Shown: one piece after another, positions 46,823-61,220 of the stretch
Position numbering within the stretch: position 1 is the stretch's first letter
How the letters are laid out: every line of letters begins with the position of its first letter
Assembly: GCF_009914755.1 (NCBI RefSeq)
Contig: NC_060933.1
Reading direction: 5' to 3' (one strand)
Origin: the human T2T-CHM13v2.0 reference genome, Homo sapiens
DNA length: 64,000 nt
The notes under the pieces: model-generated
The model's input: the letters and a program-made list of their open reading frames with translations, nothing else
What the model was told of the DNA's origin: nothing
Databases searched by the model: none
Made by a program: the position numbers and the translations under genes

Positions 46823-47859
46823 ATCTAATTTTAGACTTTCAATAAATATTAATTATATTAATGAATAAATCCTTAAGAGAATTTCTGCATTTCTAGTGCC
46901 TAGAATGGAGACTGTCACAGAGTGTGACATCAGAAATTATTTGTAAATAAATGTAAAATAATAAATGAATAACCAATCAATCAATCAATGAGAGTCTCCA
47001 TCAGAAGACAAATTAAAGTAGGATACAGGAAACCTTGGAGAAGATTGTCATGATTTATTTATACTAAGAGATCCTTTAGCATATAATAAAAGAAGAATAT
47101 AAAATATTGGTTTGAGTAATAATGACGAAGGAATTGAATTTTTCCTATTATGCTATTTACCTACCCTGCTCATCTATTTATAAAAGAATTAGTAAAATAA
47201 AATACTTGAGACAATGTCATTGTTTCATTTCATATGTTATTAAATTCATTATGTGATAGTCACAGTTTGAAACTTTCAATGAAATATTAATTTTTCTGAA
47301 TAACTATAAATATAGTAATTATTGTAAAAGCACTAAGAGCTGTGTCAAAACCCTGGGTGTCTTACTTTATATAAGAAAGGATTTATGCTTAAATAAAACA
47401 GTTTAAAAATATTTGGAGCAGAGTTTCACATCAGGATGTTTGTCTTGATACTACATTTATGTCAAAATGCATAAGTGATGGTGCTGGAAAACAGTAAAAA
47501 TGTTGACTTGCCTTAATCTAGTGAACATACCAACTGTGGAAAGTTATGAAATCCATATTCTAGTAATAATAGACATTGTTCTAAGGAGAAATCTAGACAG
47601 CATTCTTATAAATGGTAAAGTACTATGTAACTGTGATAGCTCTTGTCTTGAAAATAGCATAAAAGAAACTCAACTTACATGAAAAAAAGCTTCTTATGAT
47701 AAATGTCTCCATAAGACAATCCTCTCCATTTAGAGTGCAGTTCAAATTATCTTTTTCAATAATTTGAAAAGTAAGTATATACAAACAAAAATATTAATAC
47801 CAGTTCAAATGGAAAAACTAAATTTTTCATCTACAACATTATGATAAGCAAAGCCAATT

Positions 47860-48225
47860 TTAGAATTATAAGGTGAAATATTATTGAGCAATAAAAATAA
47901 GATGAACCATTGCCATTTATGGCAATGTGGATAAATACCACAAGCATAATACTGAGCAAAGAAGTCTGTTCACAAAAGATTGTATACTCTATGCTTTGGA
48001 TTAAATAAGTTTCAAAATGGACAGATGACATTATTATAAGTCAGGATAGAGTTTAGCCTTTCTTGGGTATTGATGAGTGGAAGGAGCAACAGGGGAACTT
48101 TCTAGGTTAGCAATAATATTTTTTCTTTCTGTGTATGTTCATTTTTTGAAAAATCTATTGGTACATATACTTATGTTTTGTACATCTGTATATGCATATT
48201 TTACTCTAATATAATATTTTAAATA
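47860..48225 (+). mobile_element. L1ME 3' end
   Basis: gcaatgtggataaataccacaagcataatactgagcaaagaagtc...taagtttcaaaatggaca...aagtcaggataga. Confidence 0.7.
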
Positions 48226-48920
48226 TGTGCAAAGAGAAGAAAATAATATTTATCTCATAATATAGCAAAGATGACTCTCAAGATGTTTAAGATATATTTC
48301 AAATATGTATTTTCTATTAGACAAATTAACTTTGTAATCAATAAAGACTAGCATGCACCCTTTTAAAAACTATATATGCATTAAAATTATGCACACAGTT
48401 GATCCCCATTATCTAGATAATTTTCCCTGATTTAATAAAATTTGAATGTTTAGCCAAATATAAAATTTTTTCCTAGTGTATGAATTATACATAAATAATT
48501 TCAACTAATCGTTGTTTGGTGTACAAGTTGCCCCTTAATGATTTAAACTGGTTAATTGCTCTTTAATGAATTTTAAATCAAGTCAGTCATTTATAAGCAT
48601 TGACACAACTTTTTAGAATACCCAGCAGATATAATTTTCTAACAACGTTTAGATGAAGGATCTTCAGATAAAGCACAGTTATTTTTCAAATAATTCTCAT
48701 TCCCTTTATGTGGAAAAATCACGATGCCTCAAGAAATTACCTTGCTCAAAATTATGAAAAATGCTCATAATATGTTAAGCACACTTACTTTCAAGCAGAA
48801 GAACAAATACTTGTGTAGTAAGAGTGAGGCATCTCAGGCTACATGTGAAGACCCCTCCAGTCTCACCAAGGTCATCCCAAGCTCCAACGAAAATGCAACT
48901 ATATAAACATAGCATAAGTG

Positions 48921-49093
48921 GAGGACCAGCTACATAGTTTTAGAGGCCCAGTGCAAAATGAAAAATGTGTACTTTTGTTCAAATACTATTAAAAATTTCA
49001 AGATGGAGGTAGCAGAGCATTACGCCAGGCACAAAGCCCTCCTAAGAAGGGAGCACCATGGCTGCTTAGGTCACAAACCAGGGACCAGCCCTG
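48921..49093 (-). mobile_element. MER45A hAT DNA transposon
   Basis: ggaccagctacatagttttagaggcccagtgcaaaatgaaaa...aatttcaagatgg...cagccctg; degenerate 8-bp TSD cataagtg and cacaaggg. Confidence 0.85.
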
Positions 49094-49430
49094 CACAAGG
49101 GTTTTGCTCCCTACAGCTTTTTCTCCTCACATCTCTCTTTATTTTTAAAATTCAAAACTGCAATGATAATATACAAATTAAGTGAAAACTGCTTTGGTTT
49201 GGCATTATTTCAAGCCTTTAATTTTAGCCACAAATACGTGTTGCAACATTTTCTTCTCTCAGAACAATTCTTCAATTGAATATTTGTAGCCTGTGGGCTA
49301 CATAAATCTTTCTTTCTGCTTTTATCCCCATTACCTACATCGTAGCCACCTGCTTACCCATATTATTAGCCTACCTACTTAACGTCCAGCCGTTTAAATG
49401 TTCTAATTTTCACTCACAATACTAAAGGCA

Positions 49431-49860
49431 TGTGATGGATACGCATAAAATTTTATGTGTCAGCATGACTGGTCATTTCGGTGTGAGGGTGTTTCTGGAT
49501 GAGATTAGCATTTGAATCAGTGAACTCAGTGAAGCAGGTTGCCTTTCTGAATGTGGATGGATACCTTCCAGGCCATCAAGGGCCAGGATGGAACAAAAGT
49601 TGGGGAAGAAGAAATTTGCCCTTCTGTTTTTCCTGCTTCACTGATATACTGGGACAACTTATCTCCTCTTCTTCTGCTCTTAGACTAGGTAAGATTTACA
49701 ACATCAGCTCCTCTAGTTTTCAAGCCTTCAGATGTGACAGAATAACACCAATAGCTTTCCTGGGTCTTCAGTTTTCAGACAATAAAGCAGGGAGTGTCTC
49801 AGTCTTCATAATTCTTTGAGCCAATTCTTCATAATATATATATATATATGTCTCTATCTC
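49431..49860 (+). mobile_element. MLT2 (ERVL) LTR, 3' end degraded
   Basis: tgtgatgg...ttttatgtgtca...gtgagggtgtttctggatgagattagcatttgaatcagtgaactcagtgaagcag...tgagccaattc. Confidence 0.85.
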
Positions 49861-52544
49861 TTTGTAAATATAGGAAGTCCTTATAAACCATGACCATAAC
49901 TCAACTGAAACATTAAGTTTTCAAAGAAGTTTCTACTCCCCACCCTTCCACTGAATGTCCTTTCCACATTGATACAATGGGAAAGTAACCCTCACCAGTA
50001 TGTGAAATCTCTCACAGCAACTTTCCAATTCTAAAGGAGATATCATCCTGCACTGTCTTCTCAGAGATAACCCAGGGTTGGATGAGTAGCTATGAAACTC
50101 GCTGTAAACAAAAAATGTATGGGTAAAAATGATATTCTATTTGAAATACCCAAATAGAGATATCTTAAGGTCTTTGCACAGCCTCCTCCTTAGCAATGCC
50201 CAGCTTGATCTTGCCCTCAGACTGTCTCTGTGGCAGCTGAAATCTGCTTCTTTTTTTTTTTTTTGAAGGATATAAGTTGTAAAAATACAAAATGGCTCTC
50301 AGTATTGAAATTGAAAGGAAAATTTTAGTCGACATAGGATAACTACATCGTTAAACTTGTATAGAAAAGATTAAGAGATTTCAAAGAAGTAGCAATGCAA
50401 TGCACATTGAAAGAAAGAGAGAAAAGATAGCAAGTACAATAATTGACAAAAGAGAATATTCCTGGATACTATTGGCCTTTTTTCTCCTTATTTTCACACT
50501 CAGCATTTACCCTTCTTAACAGAAATAACACAATTCAAAATATGAATAATTTTTGAGAAAGCTTGACCATGAGTATAATAAACCAAAAGACCTTAATCCT
50601 CTAAAAAACACAAAGCATTTCAGGCTACGTTTTATGAGACCATTAATAGATGTCATGGCCAATTGAAGAAAATCCATTTCTGAGTCTTGTCCCCCAAAGG
50701 AATTAGTGTCTTCTTTGCAGTTTTCTGTATTATAATACTTTGTCATTCATTACAGCTTAATTAATTCAGATTTTTACTTTCTGATAAAAAAGAAATGTGT
50801 AAATACATGGAAGCAGGCTCTGCTAAAATTTTCAATGTAGATTTAGGTAAACTCATTATTGTTGAATAATATTAAAGCCTGGTTTTAGAGGACCATTTTA
50901 AAGCAGCCCTTCTAAAGTAAACATTTTTAATTCTCAGATAGCCCCTAGTGGATTGTGTGATGTTCATGTTTTGAAGAAAGATTAAACAGAGATTCATGAA
51001 TAGAACTGTAATTTTATAAAAGTATTTTATTGATAACACATTTATAATTTAAAAAATTATATCAATATTGGATGGCAAAGAATAATACCTCCTTGTATTT
51101 TTCTAGAGCATAAGTAATACTGCTGCCAAATCTGATACTTCTTAGAGCAATGAGGAAGTTTAATTGACTCTTGCCTTCCAAAGGCAAATATGAAATGAGG
51201 ATGTATCATTACAACCAAGACTGCCTTCTGATGGGCTTCTGGGTCAAGGAGGTAATGCTAGCTCAGGTATTTTAGATTAAAAAAATATAAGTGATATCTG
51301 AAGATAATTGTGAAATGTAGTTGTCTAATAAAAATGTGTTCTAGAAAAGGACTTAAATTCAGAGGCAATTCTGTGTCTCTACCGTTTATTGGTATTTTTG
51401 TGACCATTTTATTTACACAGCACAGAGATCATTCACTGACAACTTCACACTTTGACTAAATGAAAAAAATTCACTTTAATAAGCTACCTAAACCTTCAGC
51501 ATTAGTTAATCTTAATCAATAAGGAGTTAAGTCTCAAGTTATTACCTCAGTAGATCAGTAATATGTAATGCCCTAGAATTTAAATACCATGTAAGAACTG
51601 AGACATAATTATGAAACACATTTCTAATATTATCTCAGGATTTATAAGCATGTTAAATGAGTCATTAAGTTAGACATGGAAAAATAGAGATATAAATATT
51701 GAAGCAATAGTTTCTTCTTCAGACTTGTCAAATGAGCATCCCCACACATAAAATTTCTATCACTAGTGCACAGGAATGCTCCATCATTTTCTCCAGGGAC
51801 ATGAGCTCTGTCTGATACTTGTTTTCCTACTTAAGCCTTATTATTATTAACATTTATTACAATCTACAGAGAAATATTGAATGACAAAATTGTAATTTAC
51901 TTGAAGGCTTCCAAAGCAATTGGATAATTTATATTTGTAGCTGATGGTTGATATTTAATGTGTATCTCTGTAGTGAGCATGATAATAAAAACATATTGTG
52001 AGAAGCTTTACTATTAAAACCTGCTTTTATGTACACACAAATGCAAAATTCTGATTTTTGATAAATTGACTGTTGATTTTATATATTAGCTCTCATTCAG
52101 AAGTTAATATTTAAGTAGTTACAACATTTAGGCAGCGTAGAGTGTGTTTTCTACAACTATCCCTACAAGTTCCCTCCAAATTAAAGAATAAAGTTCTTCA
52201 GAATTACTTTTTGGAGAGGATCACTTTCGAAGAAAGAGAAATTCAATTTTTTGAAAAGTTTGTTGCAAACAGCAGTTATTAATACTTCATTCTGGCACAT
52301 AGTCCTCTTATTTTTTATGATTACAATAAAAGGCGCACAATCTATATAAAGCATATAATACAGTACAATGCACTAGATAACAGAGATCTATAACTAGAAA
52401 TTGAAGGTGACTCCACAAGCTAACTCCATAAATAACATAAAAACTTTCATTATGAGATATTCTTACTGGTTAGGTAATCCCCAGCATGGAATTCAAGACA
52501 TTATTATATCAATAAGATAATAATAAATATCTACATATTTTAAA

Positions 52545-52725
52545 GATTACAAAGCACTTACCTATACATTATATCAAATAATCTCATGACATTGAACTAC
52601 TATTATCTGAATTTTACAGCTTAGGAAATTGAGATTTAGAGAGCTTGTGACTCACCCAGTTTTACAGCTAGTAATGGCAAGAGTCAATATTTTAACCCAG
52701 TATTTAAATCACACTCCATATGTTA
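52545..52725 (-). mobile_element. MIR
   Basis: attttacagcttaggaaattgagatttagagagcttgtgactcacccag...cagctagtaatggca. Confidence 0.7.
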
Positions 52726-53649
52726 TAGTAAGATGCCTCCAATTTAAATATGATAGACCAAATGATATATAACTTAAATTATAACTAATATTTTTTTCTT
52801 TATAAACACAAGTACATGAGGTTTATTTGAAATTCCAATTTATTACAAGTTCACCCTTTAATGGGGACTTACCTCCTTGAAGACAATTAAAAAAAAATTC
52901 AGGTGTCACTGAAGTGGGAACACAGGATTCTCAATGAACAAGAACAGACTGGATCTAGGATAACAGGCAGGGGAAGCTGGCCGTGGTGGGGGTTATGAAG
53001 CTGTGATGTCAGTGCCAAATCTATGCCTATAGAAGGGACGGTAAACTACCTACCAGCCCTATAGCAATCCCCACCGTCCTTGGGAAAGGAGGATGGGAGA
53101 AGCAGTGGCCACACTCTGCAGAATTATAACTGATATTTATATTGAATAATATATAAATTTAAAAAGACTTTGAGGTGTGGTGGTTGGGAAAATTGAAATA
53201 TGATAAGCCTAAAATATTTTTTCAGGTTCACTGCAAAGTTGTACTGAAGTGTTTTCCATAAGACCCTCATTTTATTTGTCTGTTTATCAGGTTTTGCTCC
53301 CTGGTACAACATACAGTGAATAAAGGGTATTGTCAGATATAATTACTAAACTTAATAGAATTTTGAAACTACTTTTTAAATATATTCATTAAAGATATCT
53401 CTTAATATTGTAATTGTGTCTGCTTTTTCATTTAACATTGAGTTACATAAGAGTATTTGAATGTCAACTCATTAGACATGACTTTAATTGAAAACCTGAG
53501 GAATTAAAGTAATTTATAAAAAGAAGAAGTGGAAGTAATAGAAAATGAGGAGGAAATTTTATTATAGGACTTCTTTCAGGACTTCCCATTTTGCTTGTGT
53601 TATAGGTAATGATGGTGGGTGTAAGGGTCATCGTTGGTGTGACACTGTG

Positions 53650-53845
53650 TGTGCTACTTACCTGCTATGTGAGCTTTGGCCACTTGCTTAAGACTCTCAT
53701 TGACTCAATTTTCTCATTTACAAAATGCTCATGCTAATATACCTAACTCATTGGTCTGTGGCAAAATGTATGTGAGTTTATGCAGGTAAGGAATTTAAAA
53801 TAGGACTTGGTTCATATTAAGTATTCCACAGGCGTCAGCTATTTG
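53650..53845 (+). mobile_element. MIR
   Basis: ctacttacctgctatgtgagctttggccacttgcttaa...ctcaattttctcatttacaaaatg...tacctaactcat. Confidence 0.75.
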
Positions 53846-55489
53846 ATTGCTATATGTGTTTGGTTTGTGAGTTTATAAAGATAAAAGTATAACATGTCCA
53901 AATTTTATTGTTTTATCTAGTTAATACTATCTTCATATAGATATGAACAAATTTTATTTCACAAAAGTATTCTCACAAATCACAAAAAATATTCACACAC
54001 TGCATACTTTTATGCAGCTCATCTCCTGGGTACAGCTTATAATATTCTATTGCCTGATAGTTGCTAGAATAGTTTAGCTTTGCAGCTGGTTTCAGTAAAT
54101 GTTAAGGTAATAATTTGAATTTATTAATTAGCTTACTGATTGATGACCCAAGGGAAAATATAGTGTAATGTTTCAAAATTCAAGTCTTTTTTCATGTTTT
54201 TATAACAATATGATGCATTTTGAGTACATGACTTTAACTAGTTTAGATTTCTGATCAAGAATAATTGCAAACTTGAATTTTATGTTTAAAATAAAATGCA
54301 TTACATAAAGATATAAATGTTACATATTGAAATTAACTTTAAAATTAGTAATAGGCACAATTGCTTATCATGCAACAAGTGAATTCATTAACTTTACCTA
54401 TATTACCTTTATAAAGCTCTGCAAAAGATATATTACTACCTATGTTCTTTTTGTGAGCTGAGAAAAATTGGTTTCAGAAAGAAAAAGAGATATCCTGAAA
54501 GCAGGAGCTAGAAAATTGAAAATCTGAGATTTGAACTGTATCAACTTTACTTCTTTAAAAGACAATATTGAATTGTCTAAATCTATCAAAACACAATTAG
54601 GTGAGAATTGCGAGCAACTACAGAAAATTATAAGCAAAATTGGAAGAAAATGTCACAGTTTACCATAAATTTGGGGAAATAAGTATCCACTATATGCGGG
54701 ATTTTATAATATGTCTTTCATTCCCCATTATTTCTTTAAATTTTATCTTCAAATATTTAAAAAATATTTTCAATCTATGACATATTTTGAAATAACACTT
54801 CTTGTTTGTGATATCAATTAAATGTTATAAATTAGCTATTTTTGAATTATATTTTAGACTTTTGTTTTCAACAGGCTGATAATATTGCTTACATTTAGAA
54901 TCTTACCCATTCTCAAAACCTTAGATTGTTTTAAAATCTACGTTACACAAATATATATAAATATATACATCCTATTTGACAGAACCTTTATCTAAAACAG
55001 ATATTAATATATACAATACAAGGATATATTATATGCAGTTGACTTTATTATTTCAAGGATTAGATATTATATGCTGACCCTCACCTGAAAAATACACACA
55101 CTTGATTTTGGGTATTTATTTTCATAGTTGTAAACCTCAGTAATACATAGTTTTCCATAAATGAGTTTTTTCACAATTTAAAAAGTGAATTTGGTGCTTA
55201 AAATTGAACTGTTTATTACAAACAGTTGTTTTGCAAATAGCTTTTAAAGTAGCATCTTTCTTTTTTGCCCAATATAAATAAATCGTATCATGATGCTACT
55301 TTGAATCTTGAATGTCATAATACGTGCATTTGTTTTTTTTATATTATGCAGTTGTACACAGCACTATTGTTAGTAGAAACTGAGTGGAAAAGCTAACATG
55401 TAAATCTGTGCTAAATTGTAACTTTTAAGTAAGACTACTGGGTTTTATTATGCTATCTATTATTAAAATTACCAATATTATAAAAGCAG

Positions 55490-55492
<3 letters not shown>

Positions 55493-55548
<56 letters not shown>

Positions 55549-55557
55549 ACACACACA
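55493..55557. repeat. Compound (AT)n(AC)n microsatellite
   Basis: About 23 AT units followed by acacacatacacacacaca. Confidence 0.97.
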
Positions 55558-55612
55558 TTTCTATACATAGTTTGTATGTATGCATAGTTCTATATTTCTG
55601 TATATGCATAGT

Positions 55613-55661
55613 TCCATTACTTTTAATGACAAAAACCACAGTTACTTTTGCACAAACCTAT
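55613..55661. mobile_element. Partial MADE1 (Hsmar1 MITE)
   Basis: ccattacttttaatgacaaaaaccacagttacttttgcacaaaccta: spacer plus one TIR, ending in TA. Confidence 0.8.
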
Positions 55662-56489
55662 ATATTCACACAGATATGTGTCTATATACAGATGTGTATA
55701 CACACACACACATATTTATATTCTATTGAGTCACACATATTTATTTGTATTTTTTGTCTTTTGCTTAGATCTTTGCTAATAACACAATTTACCTATTGAT
55801 TTTTCTTCAGGAAATAAAAAAAATCACAAACTTTTGAAAACCAACAAAAATAGCAGGAAAGATTTAGACAGAGTCTTCAAAACAAGACATTGATAATATA
55901 TTTACTCAGTTAAGCAATTTCATAAAATAAATCATTTTAGTGAAATTAATGCCAGCTCAGTTAACACAGTTAAACAAAGAACTGCAATTTGGTGTCATGA
56001 AACATTACTGAACAGTTGTTTCCACATTACCTTGTCCTTCTAAGAAATGAGGTATCACAGTAGAGATCTGCACACTTATTCACTATCTCCAATGGCACTA
56101 TTTAGGAATTTTACATTATATTGCTGTTTTACCATTGTTTCTACCCTCACTTAACATTCCAATCTCAGCAACTCTCCATCATCTAGTTAGACGTGGACAC
56201 GCCCTTTCCAATAAATTGGATCCCAGTTCCGGGGTGAGAGGGGCACAATCTTCACTGAGTGTTTTATCTCAGATGTAGGAACAGTGGCTGGTCTTTATAT
56301 TTGTTATTCCTATACATAATTATTTGTACTTCTTATTTGCCAATTCTTCATTACTCTAACTTTCTGATAGAGTAAATAATTACTTATTTTAAACTATTTT
56401 TATTTAAATTACTATGCAGTTTATGTCTTCTAGGTGGATGCTGAATTATACAAGTGGTATTATCTGAATTAAAATTATACATATTTATC

Positions 56490-57345
56490 CAGTTGCAACT
56501 TTAAGAGTAGACTCATGGAGGAGTAAAATAGAAACAGGTTGTCCAATCAGTAAGCTATAACAATTAAACAATCAAACATCTATAGCAGCTTGGTTCAAAT
56601 TTGTATCAGTCTGGGAGTGGAAACTGCTCAGATTCTAGATGTAATTTAAATGTAGAGTAACAAGATTTACTGAAGTATCAAATGTGAGTATATTACAAAG
56701 GAGGTTGCAAGATTGACTCTAGGCCATTGGCCTGAGCAACTGGAAAAAATGAAGTTACCTATATCACAATGGAGAAGCCTGTGAGAAAAGCACATGTTGA
56801 GAAAACTATCTGGAGTTTAGTTTTTATATAGTTAAGTTTGAAATGTTTATTAAATATACAAGGGACATGTTACCTTGACAGTTGGGTATATAAGTCTAGA
56901 TATATATAAGTGGATAAATAAATTTGATGATCATTATCATACTCACAGCCATAAAGCAAAGAAGAGCTAGAAGGCTGAGTTCTGGAACATCATAATATTC
57001 AAAAGTAAGGAGTACATAGGAAGCCAGAGAGGCCACTGAAAATTGAGCGAGACCTTGCCCTAGAACGGCAGGTTTGTCAAAGGGGGAAAAAAAGTAATTG
57101 GCCCTAATAAAAACTATTTATAGGTCAAGGGATATGAGAGACAAAACAATGTCATTGGATTTAACAATTTGAAGTTATTGGTAAATCATTAGAAACACTA
57201 TACACAGAAGAAAATATAAGAGGAGAAACATTTGACACCATGAGTTACAAATATAATCTATTTGAAGGAGTTTTGCTAAGAAGAAAAAAAGAGAAAAGTT
57301 TTTGTGGCTCTAGAGAGAAGAGGGATCAAGTTGAAGCTTTTTAAA
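56490..57345 (-). mobile_element. L2, left part (interrupted by the CDRT15P island)
   Basis: cagattctagatgtaatttaaatgtagag...ggcctgagcaactggaaaaaatgaagttacc...aggagttttgctaagaag...ggatcaag. Confidence 0.8.
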
Positions 57346-57355
57346 AATATGTTTA

Positions 57356-57602
57356 GGGACCTCATGAATGAGATTAGTGCTCCTATCAAAGGGACCACAG
57401 AGAGCTCCCTTATTTCTTCTGTCATGTGAGGACACAGTAAAAACATGTCTGTCTAGGAACCAGGAAGCCACCCCTCAGCAGACACAGAATCTGCTGACCA
57501 TTTCACCTTGGATTTTACCATCTCCAGAACTGTGAGAAATAAATTTTATATGCTACCTAGTCTATGGCATTCTGTTTTTGGCACCCGGATTAGCTAAAGT
57601 AC
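57356..57602 (+). mobile_element. 5'-truncated MST/MLT1A MaLR LTR
   Basis: cctcatgaatgagattagtgctcctatcaaaggg...catgtgaggacacag...ccagaactgtgagaaataaatt; the 5' third is missing. Confidence 0.85.
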
Positions 57603-57935
57603 CAGCATATCAGCTGGTACACATAGTTTTTGGAAACTCTGATGCCAAATACTTGATGGCAAAAGGTGATTGATCTGCCGGAGAAGTGAGCCTACATGAT
57701 CCCTCTTTCCACAATAAACCAGAGAGTCAAAGCTGGCAAAAGTAGGTCAGGGTTTTCTAAAAGCCATACCTGAAAGGTTTCCAGTAACAGTTGATTTGAT
57801 GGTAATTCAATCACATAAACAAACCACAACAAAAAGACACAACTATCAGAGATTTTCAGGATAGCCTCAAAAACACCATCTAACACTAAGGAATTAAAGA
57901 AAGCATGAAGTTTCAAAAACTCAAACTTTGTTTAA

Positions 57936-58138
<203 letters not shown>

Positions 58139-58273
58139 TAATTCTAATACTATGAACAAATCCTAAGGCAGGTGGCAGCATGGAGACCCCGGGGCACAAG
58201 TGCTGAGTTTGGAAGCTTTGGTTCTTGTACACTTTGGAGCCACCCCCTGGTCCCCTCAACCCCTGCCCGCCTG

Positions 58274-59285
<1,012 letters not shown>

Positions 59286-59520
59286 CTTGCTCTCCTCAAC
59301 ATCTCCCACCAAGTGAGCTGGCTACAGGGCTGGCTCTAGGATATGGGTGCCTGGTTACCAGAGTTCTAAGTTTTATTCGGGTCTGTCATTAAGGAAGTGA
59401 GGGTGCGTCTTAAAGGTTCCGTCCTCTCGGCCCCTTCCCACCATAAGACTTACTAAGGACCCCACTGGGCTGCTGACTGCTTACCCTCCCCACAGGTCAA
59501 TTCCATACCTGTACACAGTT

Positions 59521-60071
59521 AGGTCCACCCAGAGCCTGCTTGGACACCTGTGCCTGATGTTCACCAGGGGCTGGATGTCCTCCTCAGGCCTGAGTATCCA
59601 CCTGGGGCCTGGTGTCCACCTTGGGCCTATGTTTCACTTGCGGCCTTGTGTCCCTGGGGACTGGTATCCAGTTGTGGACTGATGGCCTAATGGGTCCCAT
59701 TGGTAACCTAAGACCTGGTGTCCACCAGGGACCTGGTGATCACCTGGGATCTGGGTATCAACCTGGGACCTGGGTGTCCATTAAGGCCTGATGTTCACCT
59801 AAGGCCTTAGTTTTCATCTGGGCCTGACAATCACATGGGGACTGGGTGTGTACCTTGGGTCTAATATCCACCTGGAGTCTACCTATCTACTTAAGGCATG
59901 GTGTCTACCTGCAGCCTGATGTCCACATGACTCTGGAGTTCAACATGGGCCTGTTGTACACCTAGTGCTTTGGTGTACCTCTGGGGCTGGTTGTCAATTT
60001 GGGGCCTTGTGTATACCTTGAGTCCAGTGTCCACCTGGGGCCTGATGTCTGCCTGGAGGACTGGTATCCTT
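59521..60071. repeat. Degenerate 18-19 bp minisatellite, consensus about GGGGCCTGGTGTCCACCT, about 30 units
   Basis: Recurring units, e.g. ggcctgagtatccacctgg ggcctggtgtccaccttg (59587-59623), gacctggtgtccaccagg gacctggtgatcacctgg (59712-59747), gtgtccacctggggcctgatgtc (60027-60049). Confidence 0.85.
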
Positions 60072-60199
60072 CTGAGGTAGGAGCATTGCTGGAGCCCATG
60101 AGGTTGAGGCTACAGTGAGCCATGATTTCACCATTGCACTCCAGCCTGGGTGACAGACTGAGATCCTGTCTCAAACAAACAAACAACAACAACAAAAAG
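60072..60199 (+). mobile_element. AluJ/FRAM 3' part, truncated at the minisatellite junction
   Basis: ctgaggtaggagcattgctggagcccatgaggttgaggctacagtgagccatgat...gtctcaaacaaacaaacaacaac. Confidence 0.9.
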
Positions 60200-60209
60200 A
60201 ACACACAAA

Positions 60210-60285
60210 TTATATAGCTGATTATATATATATATTTATATATATGTGTGTGTATGTATACACACACATATTATATATATTTTTA
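60210..60285. repeat. (TA)/(TG)/(CA) low-complexity tract containing a 14-bp perfect inverted repeat
   Basis: atatgtgtgtgtat-gt-atacacacacatat at 60242-60271. Confidence 0.9.
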
Positions 60286-61220
60286 AATGGGGTAAAATTA
60301 CATACTTTGGGGAATATTTCAATAGAGAAGGAAAAATCAATTGTACATAAAAGAGACAGAGGAGAATTGCTACGTGATATTCTTGAGTTTTCAGCAGATA
60401 TTAGCTTAATTGCATATGATTAGGGGTTGTTCGTATCTAAAGGCACTGAGTATCTATAGTAGTGATGAGAAGGTAGTAGATATTATTAGGTGAAAGTTGT
60501 TGGTGGAGATGGTAGTGAAAACCTAGACAAGTCCTTTTCTATTTATATTTACTTGACTATGTAGAGAGAGGATAAAGCAGTATTCTAGTAGGAGACCGGG
60601 AGGGTACATAGACAAGGGAAATATAGAATGAAGTATTGTGAGTCCACTTGTGGTTAGTGAATCATACATTTAAAGTGAAACCAACCAGTCAGCATTGTTG
60701 TGAATATGTAGAGTTAATGTATCATTCCAGCCACTTTCACTTGTATAGAGGCAGACAAGATATAAGTAGAATGTTGTATTTAAATAAGGCTGTATTAAAA
60801 GCCTAACATAAAGTGATTGAGAAACTAGGGTATTGGGATAGTATGAATGGCAGCGATAATGATTGATCATGAAATTCAAACTTAGGAAGGAGAAAAGTGA
60901 AGATTTGATTGGGTAAAAAATAGTAAAAGAGTAAACATGATTGATTGAGTGAAGATATGATTGGGTGAAAGATAGTTGGATCCATGGGTCAATGTCCCTA
61001 AACAGTTAAATTATTTTTGGAACTGGGAGACTAGAGAGAGTGAGCTGGAAATATAGAAGGTGATATTTGGGAAATAGAATGTTTGAAATTGATTATGGAG
61101 AGGTGGTAGTTTAATGGCAATATAAAAGTCTAGGACTTGGTGACAATAAGATGACTAATAGGGAGAAAAAGGCTTATAGTAGCAGACTTCTAAGGTATTA
61201 GAAATATCATCTCTATGGAT
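60280..61220 (-). mobile_element. L2, right part (continuation of 56490-57345)
   Basis: ttttaaatggggtaaaattaca...aatagagaaggaaaaatcaattg...gaggagaattgct...ttcttgagt; later gagtgagctggaaatatagaaggtgat. Confidence 0.72.

Noticed and set aside
52901-53040. Possible plus-strand exon (ttcag|gtgtc...gacg|gtaaac) in a locally GC-richer patch
   Set aside because: The acceptor is preceded by an A-run, not a polypyrimidine tract, and there is no other support.
59521-60071. CRISPR-like array or coding hexapeptide repeat (PRWTPG/QVDTRP frames)
   Set aside because: Eukaryotic context, units are contiguous with no unique spacers, and mixed 17-19 bp lengths with frequent stops break every frame.
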